Program-made: the position numbers and the translations under genes
Notes under the pieces: generated by a model
Databases searched by the model: none
What the model saw: only the letters and a program-made list of their open reading frames with translations
What the model was told of the DNA's origin: nothing
Part shown: one piece after another, positions 26,541-39,903 of the stretch
Layout: each line of letters starts with the position of its first letter
How positions within the stretch are numbered: the first letter of the stretch is position 1
From: Zygnema circumcarinatum SAG 698-1b
Lineage: Eukaryota; Plantae; Zygnematophyceae
Direction of reading: 5' to 3'
Assembly (NCBI GenBank): GCA_037447605.1
Contig: CM074808.1
Coordinates: 930,001-994,000 of the forward strand
DNA length: 64,000 nt

Positions 26541-26796
26541 TTCGTGTCGGAACACATAACAGAAAACTGAATGCCAAATCTATGGACCTTTCATGCATGT
26601 TATCTGCCCACTGCTCTGCGCATGTCGAGTGCAGAACTGGGCTGTTGAACGGTGTCTCAACAGATGCATGTGACGTGCCAGAGAGTGGGCCTGTAAGGAG
26701 TGATGTGAATGGCTGCTTTTAATTTATTTAAAAAGCTTCAAATAATTAATTAGGCGTGGAAGCAATGTATTAGGCCAGCCTTAGGCCTAAGGCAGT

Positions 26797-26900
26797 AGAA
26801 GAAGGAAGGAAGACGAAGAAGAAAAAGAAGAAGGAGAAGGAACGAAGAAGAAGAAGAAGGAAGAAGAAGGAGGAAGAAGAAGAAGGAAGGAGAAGAAGGA
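26797..26900. repeat. (GAA)n-like purine tract
   Basis: Direct reading. Confidence 0.85.
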
Positions 26901-27199
26901 GGGCCCGCAGAGTGTCAAACAGCAGTATGGATCCTGTGGTCACAAGTTCTACCCAGTAATCAACTGCTCATTCGCATCTGCCTCAAGGTTCAATAGGAGC
27001 TTTAAGTTCAGCATCAAAAAGGAACACATTAAAGCTTTCATCGTGCACATTTTTATTATATGTACAAGGCCTTGACAATGCCTCTGCTGCCTCCGACATA
27101 TTCTGCATGAAAGTGTTCGACTGAAGCAACTACTTCAGCAGCAATAATCTGGTCAACAAGGCGTCGTTTACAAAGCGGGTACTCCGATTAAATTATCTC

Positions 27200-28761
27200 T
27201 CACATTTCCTCTTGTTGAGATGGGAGAGAAGATGACGGGAGCCAAGGAGAGTCCGCGACAGGTGATTTATTATCTTCAATTGATAGCTCTTCTATCTCCA
27301 AGGCAGCTGCAACACCAGCGCCTGCAAACACACGAACTTGAGAGTTAATTTTGAGCTTCAGGATTGAATCAAGGAGTCTATGAATGAAGTGAAACACATA
27401 ACTATACTGAATGGAGTTGCAAAGCTCTGCTTCCCCTCCCACAACGCAGGTCCTGGATTCCTCAATTCGTAACGTTCTTTAGCCTTTTCATCCATAATGT
27501 GAACTACTACCAAGGACTAAACATTACAAAAGTGCATCTAAGAATAAAATATAAGCTGCCGATAATGGAGCAACATGTTTTGTATTTCTCCTGGAAGCTG
27601 ATGCTGAAACCCGTAATCTTCGTGGCAGGAATACAAAGAAGATATATGTAGCTCGCTAATAGAAAGCAAAAGCCTCAAGCTCAAAAACTTTCCTTCCATA
27701 TTTAACATAGGATACGATCAAGCAGGACAAACACTGAACAATATTCTGCCCTCAGCCAGGGGACCTCTGCCTACAAAAGCATCAAGACGGTCAGATAGAC
27801 AGTGACCCACGACGCTCCCCTTGAGACCCAGCTTAGGATTGGAGCAAAGTACGATAAAGGCAGCAAATGTCTTAAAAACTCATTTCAAGCTGAGCTACTT
27901 CCGTATTCTCGTTAATACAGTACTCTGCATGCAATGGTGGCGGATTGGCAGCGAGACAAGACGACTCTGTTGAAATATGCTGAAGCCACGAAGGATGCAG
28001 AGTACATATTTCTCACCTCCAGGTACTAGAGATGCCAACATACTCTTCGCGTCTGCATCATCTTTGTCGGCAGCCTTTTGAAGCCAATATACACCCTGCA
28101 AATGATCGGACTGCTTCAAAAGAATGTTTATTTACTAAATGACGAGGACCTATCGACGCAAGAGTTGTCTAATCCAGCAAATCCAATAGTAGAAAGTGCC
28201 TCGTGCTTGACATTTGACCCAAACCAGCTTTTACAGTAACCGCGGAAGGGCTAGCCGTATGAGAAACTACAACGATTACCTTGTCGGAAATACTCGACCA
28301 GCCTAACGGAAACACAGTAATGCCATATATTACACAAAACTGCAGAGTCTTGGAAGCTGTAAACAGAGCTTGTAACAGCGTTCCTAGCCTAGCTATACAT
28401 TCTGCCGTTGCACTGAACGGTGATTTGTCTGACCTTTCAGAACACAAGAGTAAGGCCCTGAACGCCAGGTGACGATTAAATCTTTAAAGTTACCAAACGT
28501 CGCAATCCCTTAATTAAGTTCCTCTACTTCATAAAATCTCCATTGATTCACCTGCACTGCATCCTGCTGTGTGCCATAGCCTGACATGAGCATCTGCCCG
28601 AGAAGCGACTGCGAAGCCACATCTCCCTGTTCCGCAGCTTTCTGTGCAGCTCGGAACCAGCGAGCCATGCACTGCGCAACCACCTCCCGGAGGGCGACTC
28701 GGGCAGCGGGACCCTTCACCTCCTCACAACACTTGGCATCTTTTCTTTGGCTTGAACGCAT
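27200..28761 (-). CDS. Small Sel1-like repeat protein, 3 exons
   Basis: Exons 28761-28552, 28095-28017, 27321-27200 join in phase: RVALREVVAQCMARWF...AEQGDVASQSLLGQMLMSGYGTQQDAVQGVYWLQKAA. Confidence 0.85.
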
Positions 28762-28989
28762 GACAGACTGCAAGAGTCTGCAGAAGGCGCTGTGGAGCGC
28801 CAAACAAACAATCTCACCGCAGCAAGCAGCGCCTCTCAAACAAAAAGGGCCGAAGATGAAAGGAATATGTTCTCCGCTGATGAGCATCAAGTCTCACATG
28901 CAGGCGGAATGCAGCGCCATGCAGGCTGAGCAGGCAGGGGTGGGAAAGCCCGCCATGGCTATGGCGAGGAGCCCGGGGATGAGGCAGGG

Positions 28990-29130
28990 AAAGCCACGTG
29001 TCCACACAATAGAGATACAGTGACCTTACACGTGTCCCACTGCCTCGTCCATGTTTCCTGTTCCCAGTTTTTTACGACGTGAACTGCTCCGAAACTGAGG
29101 GTGCATGGAACATAATACACGTGGCAGAGC
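28990..29130. promoter_or_regulatory. G-box/ABRE cluster upstream of the Sel1 gene
   Basis: CCACGTGTC at 28994, ACACGTGTC at 29028, ACACGTGGC at 29117. Confidence 0.5.
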
Positions 29131-29349
29131 GGGGAACTTTTGACATCAACAGGAGACAAGTCCAAAAGTTTCGTCCTCGCGGCGGTCCGAAAAACCACGA
29201 AGACCGCTCCCTTTCGCAGGGGCCAAATTCGCAGGGCGACGGCCTCCGTCCGTGTGGGAACGAGATACGATACGATACGACACTATACGATACTGTACAG
29301 TACAGGGGGTCCTCGTCATATTTTCCACCTTCAACAGTGCGTCACCAAT

Positions 29350-29952
29350 AGGGGGTCTCAGACTTAAACAAAACTTGGTAATCGTACAGCTTGGTAATTG
29401 GTAATCGGGGATAGAGAAATTGGTAATAATGATTACTTTGCCGAACCTGTGCCGAACCAAATGCAAGTCAACGCTGGTAATCGTACAAGTCCGAAATTGG
29501 TCATGGGCGCCCCAGGACTTGGTAATCGTACAGCCTATCACCAGAAACTTATCACCACCCAAAACGGTGGTTTTCGGTCTCCGCGAAAGGAAATGGTAAT
29601 GAAACGGGCGTCACCATGACGTCCACACCCCGGCCTGACATCCCCCTCCCCGCCCGCCGCCACAGGGGTCCGGGTTTGCAATTCAAAATTGCGGCATCTG
29701 ACGTCAGGTATCGGCGATCTACCCGCGCCGTTCGCAGCCTTTTTTTAAGTTTGAGACCCCCCCGCGCGGGCGAAGTTGGTCATCGCGCCTTTGGAAATTG
29801 GTCATACCGGCAAATGCGGAGTGGTGATAAAGTCACGTCGCGTCACGATCACGGTTACGTTCGGGGGGCGCGAGACTGGTGAAGTTGACTCGAAAACTTG
29901 GTAATCGTACAGCTTGGTAATTGGTAATCGTTTTTTAAGTCTGAGACCCCCT
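29350..29952 (+). mobile_element. MITE with 3-bp AAT TSD (PIF/Harbinger-related, by inference), copy 1
   Basis: TIR AGGGGGTCTCAGACTTAAA; subterminal TGGTAAT repeats; TSD at 29347-29349 and 29953-29955. Confidence 0.88.
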
Positions 29953-30357
29953 AATAAATTCGCACCGATTTTGCCGAAACCACCATTTTGTACGGTAACC
30001 TCGTGTTAGCCGTACTATTCGTACTGTCCGTACCATAAAAACCCTAAAAACCCTCAAAACCCTCAAAACCCGTACTATTCGTACTAGCCGTACTAGCCGT
30101 AATAGCTGTACTAGCCGTTACGGGCTTACGCAAAACTCACGTAATCTCCCCGCACTTGCCGCCGTAAGAGGCGCTCGCTCTTCTCCCCTCCTTTTTGGTT
30201 TCGATACGATACGATACTTTCCAATACGGTACTATCCGTACTAGCAGTACGAGCTGGAGTAGCCGATACAGTACGATGCGGTACGATATGATATCAAACG
30301 ATACGATACGGTACGTACGAAAATACATGAACACTAACATAAATCCGCTCGCCTATT

Positions 30358-30951
30358 AGGGGGTCTCAGACTTAAAAAACGATTACCAATTACCAAGCTG
30401 TACGATTACCAAGTTTTCGAGTCAACTTCACCAGTCTCGCGCCCCCCGAACGTAACCGTGATCGTGACGCGACGTGACTTTATCACCACTCCGCATTTGC
30501 CGGTATGACCAATTTCCAAAGGCGCTGATGACCAACTTCGCTGGGTCTCTAAACTTAAAAAAGGCCGCCAATCTGCGGGTAGATCGGCCGAGCCTGACGC
30601 CAGATGCCGCAATTTTGAATTGCAAACCCTCGACCCTGTGGCGGGCGGGCTGGGAGGGGATGTCGCCGGGTGTGTGGACGCCATGGTGACGCCTCGCTTT
30701 CATTACCATTTCCTTTCGCTGACCGAAAACCACCGCTTTGGGTGGTGATAAGTTTAAATTGATAGAACATCGCGATTACCAAGTCACGGGGCGCCCATGA
30801 CCAATTTCGGACTTGTACGATTACCAGCGTTGACTTGCATTTGGTTCGGCACAGGTTCGGCAAAGTAATCATTATTACCAATTTCTCTATCCCCGATTAC
30901 CAATTACCAAGCTGTACGATTACCAAGTTTTGTTTAAGTCTGAGACCCCCT
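30358..30951 (-). mobile_element. Same MITE family, copy 2, inverted
   Basis: Reverse complement of copy 1; TSD ATT at 30355-30357 and 30952-30954. Empty site TCTATTGGTAAC at ~19320 and ~45950. Confidence 0.88.
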
Positions 30952-31317
30952 ATTGGTAACACGGACCTTCTATTTGCCAAAACCAATATTTTCGCCCGGT
31001 ATTTGCTGAAACCAGGTGGAAAATATGACGAGGTCCCCCTGTACTGTATTTCCGCCTTTGACAGTACGGGCTGTACCCGGCCGAGGGAGGCGTCCTCGTG
31101 GTTTGGAGGACTTGGCCGCATCTTCTTCTCCTGAATGCCCTCCCCCCACTGCCGCCCGCCATCGGCCGAGCGAGGGTCCCGCCCGCTTGCCCGCCTGCCT
31201 GCCGCCGCCGCCTGCCTGCGCCCCCCTCCCTGCGGAGCCGATCGGACCCTGAGAACGTTCGGACGCTGAGAACGTCGTCTGGCCGCTCCTACTGTTGAGG
31301 CAGGTACGCCTCTACCT

Positions 31318-31446
31318 ACCCACCCACCCATCCAACCATCCACCCATCTATCCATCCATCCATCCATCCATCCATCCATCCATCCATCCATCCATCCATC
31401 CATCCACCCATCCATCCATCCATCCATCCATCCATCTATTATCCAT
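31318..31446. repeat. (CCAT)n microsatellite
   Basis: About 30 units. Confidence 0.95.
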
Positions 31447-33129
31447 GGTGAAGTTATATGGTTATTATGCTAAGTGGTTGTGAAAATTTGTCGCTTGGAG
31501 CTTATCTCTCATCAGCATCTTTATGCCGTGTTGGGGAGGGGAAAGGAGGAGAGAGAGAAAAAAGAAAGAGCTTGTAAAAGTTGAGTCTGATATTCACCAA
31601 GCACTCATACACGTAAAGGCACGAGTTGGGAAGCAAAGAATGCCACAAGGAAAAGACAAGGTGATTTTTTGAAGGTCCTTTTTTGTAATTTTTTTTTACC
31701 TTGCTTAAAAAAGACATTACACGTCCAACACTGGATACCTTTAGCCCTTATATCTAAGTTATTTTCAATCCTTTTAACAAAAATAATGTTAAAATGTTAA
31801 AGGCTTGCTAGTGTCAAGCAGGGTAGGCAAATTTCACCCACTGGGTTAGTAGGCAATTCGTGGCCGCGAGGTAACCCTCGACCTGGCCCACCTATTGCTC
31901 TATAACCCTCCAATGTTTGCTAATGTTAGCTAATGTTTGACAGTGTTAGCTAATGTCAGGCAATGTTTGTCAAAACAAAGGCTATAATGTCCAAATAACA
32001 GCTTAATGCTTAGAACTGTAGCTTGCATACTTCAGCCTAAAAACTACAAAAGGTTCGTAAAGTATATGTTCACCTTTGACAATGAGATATATGTAAAGTA
32101 TGATATCATGGTGGCTATTACAAAGCAGATGATGTTTTATAGAGATGATAAAAGAAGTGTAAGGTTATGTGATTTATTTATTCAAGACATGCCAACTATT
32201 ATTATTATTGGTTCATCATATAGTCAACTTTTATGTATGATTCCAAACAAAGGGAAAGTAAACCCTTATGGTATCATTGAATATTTGTTTGTATTCAAAT
32301 ATTGCGATCTACTTTTATGTGCCTAAGGATGGGTAGCACGACTGCTTTTTTATAAGTTCAAAATATTAGACAAACTTTTGCTTGACCTTCAAAGCAATGA
32401 CAATTGATGAGTTTAAAATTGTCCAATCAACTAGTATGTGAATACTTTCTTGAACAAATTAGTACACTTATTGTTTTCATTAGGGAACAAAAGATTAAAG
32501 TTAAGGTGTGCAAGAAGGTATGCAAGGAATGATGCAAAGAAGTATAAAGCACAAAACAAAGGTAAAAAGCACAAATAAGAGGCAAAGCATGCGAAAAATA
32601 ATAAGAGTAAAGAAGTATTTAGTCGGTATGCACAAGGATGTCGACAACTTGTAGACTGAATTTGAAAAGAGTGTTTGTATAGAAACTCTCTCCTTTGCAA
32701 TCTAAAGCTTTTGCGTCCTATCGCGCCTCTAATAAGCAATACTAAGCAAACTTGTAACTGCGCGGCCTATCACCATGTGCTACGTGTCCGCCAAGTTTAA
32801 TAGACGTGCTCTATACAAGTGTACGGAGCTATACAAATTGTACAGTTGGTCGTATGTATGGTTTGTCGTACAGCCAAAGCACACCGGTTGTATAAATGTA
32901 CGGTTGGGCACATGGTGCGCAAAGCACCATGGTGGGTACTGTAGAAACCGCTACATGAGGTAGCACTCCCACCTCTCCTTTACCTTTGGTAAGACTTGAC
33001 ATCTTTGATGACTTGTTCACTCACACTTACAAGATGTAAATAAAAAAGACACATTCAATGCAAGAGAACAACTCAACGGTTGAGACACATTCAATGCAAG
33101 AAAATAATTCAGCAATTGAGATATTTACA

Positions 33130-35200
33130 CTGGTAGTAAAAATTCAACTCACTAAGATCTTTGATTTTTACAGCTGCTATAAAGAAGATGCATGTTCACC
33201 AGGTTAACATTAAGATCGCTTTTCTTTATAGTGATTTAGAAAAGGAAATTTATATAAATAAGCTAAAAGGCACGATAAAAAAAGGAAAAAAACATTTGGT
33301 TTGCAAATTGGTAAAGAATTTGTATAAACTCAAGCAAGCACTTTACATTTGGTACAAGAAAATTGACAACCTTTTATAGGAAAGTGATTTCACATAATTC
33401 TAGACTGATCACTTAGTCTATCGTAAAGAAAAAATGCCTTTATATTCAAGATAAAGTTAATCATCTTTGTAAAAGGTGGAATTTTGTTTAAACAAGAGTG
33501 AACCAAGTGACAAACTTGGAACCTCATAAGATAAAAAATTTGCTTCACGGCCTCCCAATGTTTAGGACTTGGGTTTTCCATGAATTGACTTGCAAAGCTC
33601 ACCGTTTTTGCCAAGTATAGACAAGTACATCAAACTCCCAATGGTAGACCAATACAATAGGCCGTACATCTTTTATGCCTCTACATCCAATGCTAGTGCC
33701 ATATCCTTTGACAATTTAGCTACTATCTCTATCACTAGCATGTGAAATCTAGGAAGAATATTTATGGCATATTTCTTTTGGTAAAAAAATAGATTGTTGT
33801 CTTGCCCCCTCTTCACCTGCATTCCTAAAAGATACTGGGCTTTGCCCAAATTTGTCATCTTGAAGTTTGCTTGCAAGAGCTATTTTAAGGCATTGATTCT
33901 CTCAAATAAAAGGCTCACCATGATGAGGTCATCCACATAGATTCTAACGTACATGAGATCCTCCTTTTCTCCTTGTGAGTAAATAAAGTAGTCTGTCTCA
34001 AAATGTACAAAATTGTTCTTCCTTATAAGGTTGTCAATCTTTTTGTACTAGATTTTGGGCGCTTATTTCAACCTATATAGGCTTTTCACAAGGCAACAAA
34101 CAATATGCTGCTTTCTTGGAACTGCCTTCCCTTAAAGCTGCTTGATATAGACCTCCCTCATGAAATCTCTATAAAGAAACGTTGTTTTGATGTCTAGCTG
34201 ATGGATATGCATTCCCTAAGCTACTACAACTAAAATTAAGGCTCTCAAGGAGTTGAGCTTCACCACTAGGGCAAAGGTTTTCATGTAATCAATTTTGTAC
34301 TTTTGGTTGAAGCTTTTTGCCACTAGTTGCGCTTTGTAACGTTCCACACTTCTGCTTGCTTTCCTCTTCACTTTGAAGACCCACTTATAACTAATTGCTC
34401 TCTTTTTTTGTGGCAGCTTTTCCAACCTCCATATGCAGTTTTTAATCAAGCTGCCTCATTTGTTGTCGATCGTCGCCCTCCATTTGTTTCCATCGACCCC
34501 TTAATGAGCTTCCTCAAAGGTTTGTGGCTCACTAATCATGAAATAATGAGCAATCCTTGTAGGGTCAACAAAGTTGAAAGTCATTATTTTTTAGACAAGG
34601 TTAGTTTCAAAAAGCCGGTACCGAGTAAGCATTCTCGTCACCTGGCTGCTCTCCCAAGCCCCTTTAGCCCTTTCGCCTCTCGCGTAGAAATAAAGCCTAA
34701 GGACAAACCCAGTAGTGTGTTTGTTAATATCGCCTTTCTTTTTGCCATCTCTAGATCTTTTAACTCTTGAGTGTACATATGCATTATCTCTATCAAGTTT
34801 GATTCCTCTATCAATTGAGTGTGCACCAAAACTTTCTCTATCAAGTATTTGTATGCGATATTTTAGGTTTCATTCTTACATTCACTAGCACACTCAGTGT
34901 AGTTGTTGGCTCAGTTTTTCCACTTAGTGACATGTTGATCTGCCCCAAAGCTAGAACCTCCAAAAAATCAACACCTTCTCTAGCAGTCTTTTTATCCTTA
35001 CATGTCTCTAAATTTGTCCTTGAGAGACAAGTCTTTGCAAAATATGACACCTCTATATATTGTAATGTCTTTTAAGCACTAAACTTCATTTATTCAAAAG
35101 TTCTACACCCTGAAAGTGCGGCTGCTAGCATTGTAGTCGAGAATGTAACCTTTTACGGTTCAAGGATCAAACTTCTTCTTTTGTCTTGCTCTTAATTAAG
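33130..35200 (-). pseudogene. Highly eroded copia pol remnants (33130-33430 on +, 33520-35200 on -)
   Basis: KWVFKVKRKA...YKAQLVAK and QANFKMTNLGKAQYLLGMQ, collinear with 2780-5270; many stops. Confidence 0.9.
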
Positions 35201-36444
35201 AGTTGGACTGAGAACGGATGTTAACTTTTAGCATCTGCGCAAATGTCTAGCAGTACAACTGTTGAGTGGCCATCGACTGTCCTTTGGAAAGTCATGGCAC
35301 AATGAGACAAGTAAAAAATCAACCTTAGTACATTTGATGTGTAGGGACATGCAACCCTCCACATGAGTGCATGAGGAGATCCTACCGGCTCACTAGTGCT
35401 AGACCCTTCCACCCATTGAAGAAAGGGAAGCCCTTCTTCCACTACTTTATTAACTTCCAGTAAGTCTAGGGGTAAGCCTTTACTGCCACATGCTTTGGAA
35501 GCAGTAATCGCAGGCTTACCACATAGTCCTTTGATCAGAGTAAACGCAATGCATCGAAAGTACATTGTACTAAAGCATTATTGCCTATGGCATTCAAGAT
35601 CATTACATGCTATTTACTCTTCATGACAGCATTCGCAAATGTCATTGGAGTCACAGCCATAGCAAAAAAGATAGACTAGAAGATGAAGATGCTTGATACA
35701 AGTGTTTCACTTAGTGTGACACAAGCATGCTTGACAAAATACTCTATCTCATTCTTGTGAAATCTTGCAAACACCATCCCAACAAGTTTAGAAATAAACC
35801 CGATGTAATTATTCACTATAGATCCATTTGAATGCACCTCTCACCTTTTTACACCCTTGACTTATTTGTTATTATAGCCGTGAATACTCGCTTCATACGC
35901 TGCGTATCTATAAAATAAGTGCACTTAAACACAATATACAGTGCACAATACACAGTGAACTTTTGTCATAGGAACATTAAACTCAAGAAGAATGTTTTTT
36001 ATAAATTGTAAATGTGTTTGATGACTCATTTGATCCATTGTGCTATTTTTTGATGGCCACAGTAGAGCTTCAAACTTATACACATTCCATAATACACATT
36101 TGTGTCAATAAGAAAAATATGTGTATCATTTTCTTCAAAAAAGAATTCATATATTACTTAATTGGACAATATTGAACTTAATATTTATCATTGCTCTAAA
36201 GGTCAGGTATAGGCTCTTCTAAAACTTTAAACTTATAAAACAACAACCGTGCAACCCATCCTTGGGCACAAAAAAAAGGATCCTAATATCTAAATGTAGA
36301 CGCATATTTGATAGTACCATAAAGATTCACTTTCCCCTCTTTTGCAATCATGCATAAAACTCAACTATATGATAGACCAACATCAGTAGTTAGCATATTT
36401 TAAATAAATAAATCACATAGTCGTACCTTTCTTTAGTCATCTTT

Positions 36445-36584
36445 TGTAACGAACAGTATATACAGATTATATGACCTAATACTTATATTTGCGGTTGCCT
36501 TTTAATGGTAAAGCGCATAAATGGGTATCGAGAGGTCTTGAGTTCGAACCTTGTTAGAGGCAGGGGTTCGTTACATTGGTATCA
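36445..36584 (+). mobile_element. tRNA-like TRIM LTR plus PBS (truncated copy)
   Basis: TGTAACGAAC...GTTCGTTACA (36445-36575) followed by TGGTATCA; contains AATGGTAAAGC and GAGTTCGAACC. Confidence 0.85.
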
Positions 36585-36689
36585 TTGCTTATGGACCGGT
36601 ATTTGCAATCCACCCTAAAAACACCGTGATCTCTAAGCATGGTACAACGTGGCTGAGATGATCAGCTAGCTATGACCAAAGGGTCAGTG

Positions 36690-37030
36690 GCTGTTGTTGA
36701 AGCATGGTTTTGCTTCTCGTTTCCGGCGCCACCTCTCGTGTCACCCTCCATTGCAACTTGAGTTCCCTCCGATGAAGACATTCAACTCTCAAAGCTCTAC
36801 CTTACTTCACTCATCGCCCATAACTACAAAATAAAGCTTCAAGATAAGCACAGCGGAAATCACAAAGAGAGAGTGTGAGGAGAAAGCTCACGGCTCTAAA
36901 ACTCTTTATAATAAAAATGTCTTCCCACAATGAAGTTCTCTCACCACTACAAGGTCCCTTTTACTCACTACTTTACGACACAAGTGTAGACAGCCTAGCA
37001 GCACGAGCAGGCACAGAATAAGACTCGAGA
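36690..37030 (-). repeat. Copia LTR fragment
   Basis: Homologous to ~8940-9290. Confidence 0.75.
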
Positions 37031-37099
37031 CTATGGCAGAGTAGTGTGGTTGGGTTATTTCCCATAGTAAAACTAAGCACTATATAATATGGAGAATAA

Positions 37100-38935
37100 T
37101 ATGTTGCTAAGGGTTGTATGGGCAGCAGGGGGTCGAGAGTTAGTCAGAGCAGAAGTAAAAGCCTAAGGGCTTGAACTCTTGCTTGTTACTTCCATTAATT
37201 TTATTAAGGATTTTTAAGGCCGATGGTGTTTTTTCCTTAGTTTCTCTTACAATGCTTTTGCTCAATTGTTTCAATTATCTTTCAAAGTATGCACTTAGAG
37301 CTATTCTTGATTCAGTCTGCAAGCATAATAGTGAGAGAGGTTAGTGAGAATGACCGGGCTTTAATTAACAACAGTGGTATAAGAGCGACATCAGATAAAG
37401 AACCTAGGTATAAGGTCTTGGTCTTCAAAGGGACAAATTATAGAAAATGGAGGTGGAGGATGACGTTCTTGTTGGAGAGCAAGGGCCTCTTCAAGTACGT
37501 AGACGGGAGTACCCCGGAACCACCTTCTCCGGCCGACTCTAAAGGGACGGCAAATGTGAAGGCGTATGACATGTGGCAAGTGAAAAACAAGGCCGCATGC
37601 TACATCGCCATGATAGTAGGCGATGGCCCCTCTACTATGCTGTTAGACTTAAGATTTGCTGCTGAGATATGGACGAGTCTTCAAGCAGTTTATAAGGTTG
37701 CAAAGGAAGGATTGCCAGTAAATCTGTAAGCAAAAATAGGTGCTTGCAGAATGGAAAAGGGTGAAACACTCATTAACTATATGGTGAAATTTGATAGCCT
37801 TATGCAAAAGTGTGTAGTGGCTAAGCAATCGATTCCTTTACCTAGCAAAATTCATCAGTTTTTGGTAGGGTTACTCAACAAGTATGAAAGAGTTGTAGAG
37901 TTATGAAGGACTCATCTTACCAGTTTGCCCATGTCCATGGAGCAAGTCAAAGGTAGCATAAGAGAGGCAAACTCGCTGTTAGAAAAGGAGAATTTTGGTA
38001 TAGACAACGTGCTTCTAATCCAGGCTAAGAAAAAGGGGAAGAATGATTGAGGCGGCAGACCTACCCCAACGTGTTTCACTTGCGGCAAGCCTGGGCACTG
38101 GTCCATGCATTGCTACCAGAACAAGGGACGACTCGACAGCTTGGAAAAGCCTTCCAGTGACGACAAAATCACCAAAAGGTCCACTTTTTGAGGGACTTGC
38201 TTCAAGTGTGGCAAGAAAAGACACAAAGCCGTTGTTTGTCGAGGCAGCGTTATCAAGATGAATCTCATGATGAGGTTGGGTGCACGTGGTGGTTTTGAGA
38301 AGGACGAGTTTATAGGAGGTGTCCGAGATATGGAGATCAAGTTACCATGTCATATTGATGCAAGTGTTTCAAAGCAAAGGTGCTCTGACGTCTTGTGTAG
38401 AACTGAGAAAGTTGGTGGTGGCAAGGTGTGCTTACGTAAAGACTTGAGAGGGGGTGCACGACACTCGGGGAGGACGCGTAAAGTTGAAGATCCAAAAAAG
38501 GAAGATAAGGCAGACTGTCATCATGGGAGAAGTCCTCCACACCCTGGGACTTTAATGCAAGTTCAATGCAAAGGTAGAATTTTGTGAAGATTGCCTTGCT
38601 GGAAAGGCTTATAGCCAACCTTTCAGCCATAAAAGTGCAGAGGAGGGTCGAGCCAAGGAGTGGCTTGAGATGGTCCACACAGATTTGTGCAGCCCCATTT
38701 CTCTTGCCAGTTTAGAAGGCTCACAATTCTTCATTACCTTTCTGAATGATTGTTCTCAAAAAAATTGGGTAAAAATGCTAGAGCAGCAGGGGATCGGAAG
38801 TTAGACAAAGCAGAAGTAAAAGCCTGAGGGCTTGAACTCTTGCTTGTTAATTCTATTTACTTTATTAAGGAGTTTTGAGGCCGGTGGTGCTTTCTCCTTA
38901 TTTTCTCTTATGGTGCTTTTGCTTAATTGTTTCAG
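37100..38935 (+). mobile_element. Degenerate, internally deleted copia element (LTR part, PBS, gag, integrase fragment, LTR part)
   Basis: PBS-like TGGTATAAGAGC at ~37375; FKGTNYRKWRWRM; CCHC knuckles CFTCGKPGH and CFKCGKKRH; LEMVHTDLCSP. 37150-37270 is repeated at 38810-38935. Confidence 0.85.
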
Positions 38936-39903
38936 TGTAGCGTAACGCTATAGCATGGCCCGAGAGGCGTACACATAGTACATGCGTTGTCGGTCTTCTC
39001 ATCTTAGTGCTTGCTCGAGTGGCAGAGGCGTTGGGGTGCCACCAGGACCGCAAAAGGTCCCAGGCTTGACCCTCGCTGTCGGCAGGTAGGGAGAGGTCCT
39101 TGAGGTAGGCCATGCCAATGGCCGTCTAGGATCCTCCCCGATTGGCTCGGGTGTACCCGAAGGTATCGGGTACACCCCGATGGAGGCTCGGACACTGCCC
39201 TCTAGCACTTGGCCTTTGCCGTTCGCTCTTGTAAGCTCCCATAAGCTCAGAGTGCTTGACGTGGGTCTGCGCGTTAGTACAATTCTGAACTTAGCGTCTC
39301 GCGCGCCCTCTTGTGTTCACGTCTGTATACTTTCGAGACTTAGCGTTTTGCGCGCCCGCACGCGCACTTGCATTTGTATGACCGAAATGCTATTTCGCGC
39401 CACGCCTTGTCACATCACCCCATGCGCGCGAATACTCCGTTTCATCACGTCACGGTCTTAGAACTTATCGCGTCACATTATTTTCGCGACTAGCCTTGTC
39501 GCTTCATGTTTTGCATCTAGTTCCTTATCCGCTAGAGACTATGCGCCAAACGTTGTACGGCCTCTAATCCCGTACAACAGATTGCACATGGCAGAGATGA
39601 TCTTCACATTGACCTTTTATTTATTATACAGGCCATTCTACTCAGCAATGGATTCTAGAAGCGATGCATGGCAATGGAGAATTTGCTCAAGCCCATTTGT
39701 GCTTGTCTTGGCTACTTGGAAGGCGACAAAGCTACATTCTCCTCAATCTTTACCTGTTATCTTTACTGCAAGTATAGCTTATTCATGTTACCAGTAACTG
39801 TCAAATCTGCCCTACAGTTGGAGACAGAAGTAGACATAGGCCGACTACATACCTTTTTGGAAAAACCCTTTGCAGTGATTTACAGTCTTGCTCATGCGCT
39901 TGC

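Larger units (their letters stand above)
29303..31041. mobile_element. Tc1/mariner-type MITE (host family) with two nested MITEs
   Basis: TIRs CAGGGGGTCCTCGTCATATTTTCCACC / GGTGGAAAATATGACGAGGTCCCCCTG with TA flanks. Body homologous to 18958-19379. Confidence 0.9.

Noticed and set aside
32006-32326. Host gene or CACTA transposase
   Set aside because: AT-rich decayed sequence with only a vague YGIIEYLF resemblance; cannot be assigned.
36490-36555. Functional tRNA gene
   Set aside because: No convincing acceptor or anticodon stem; it lies within an LTR followed by a PBS.
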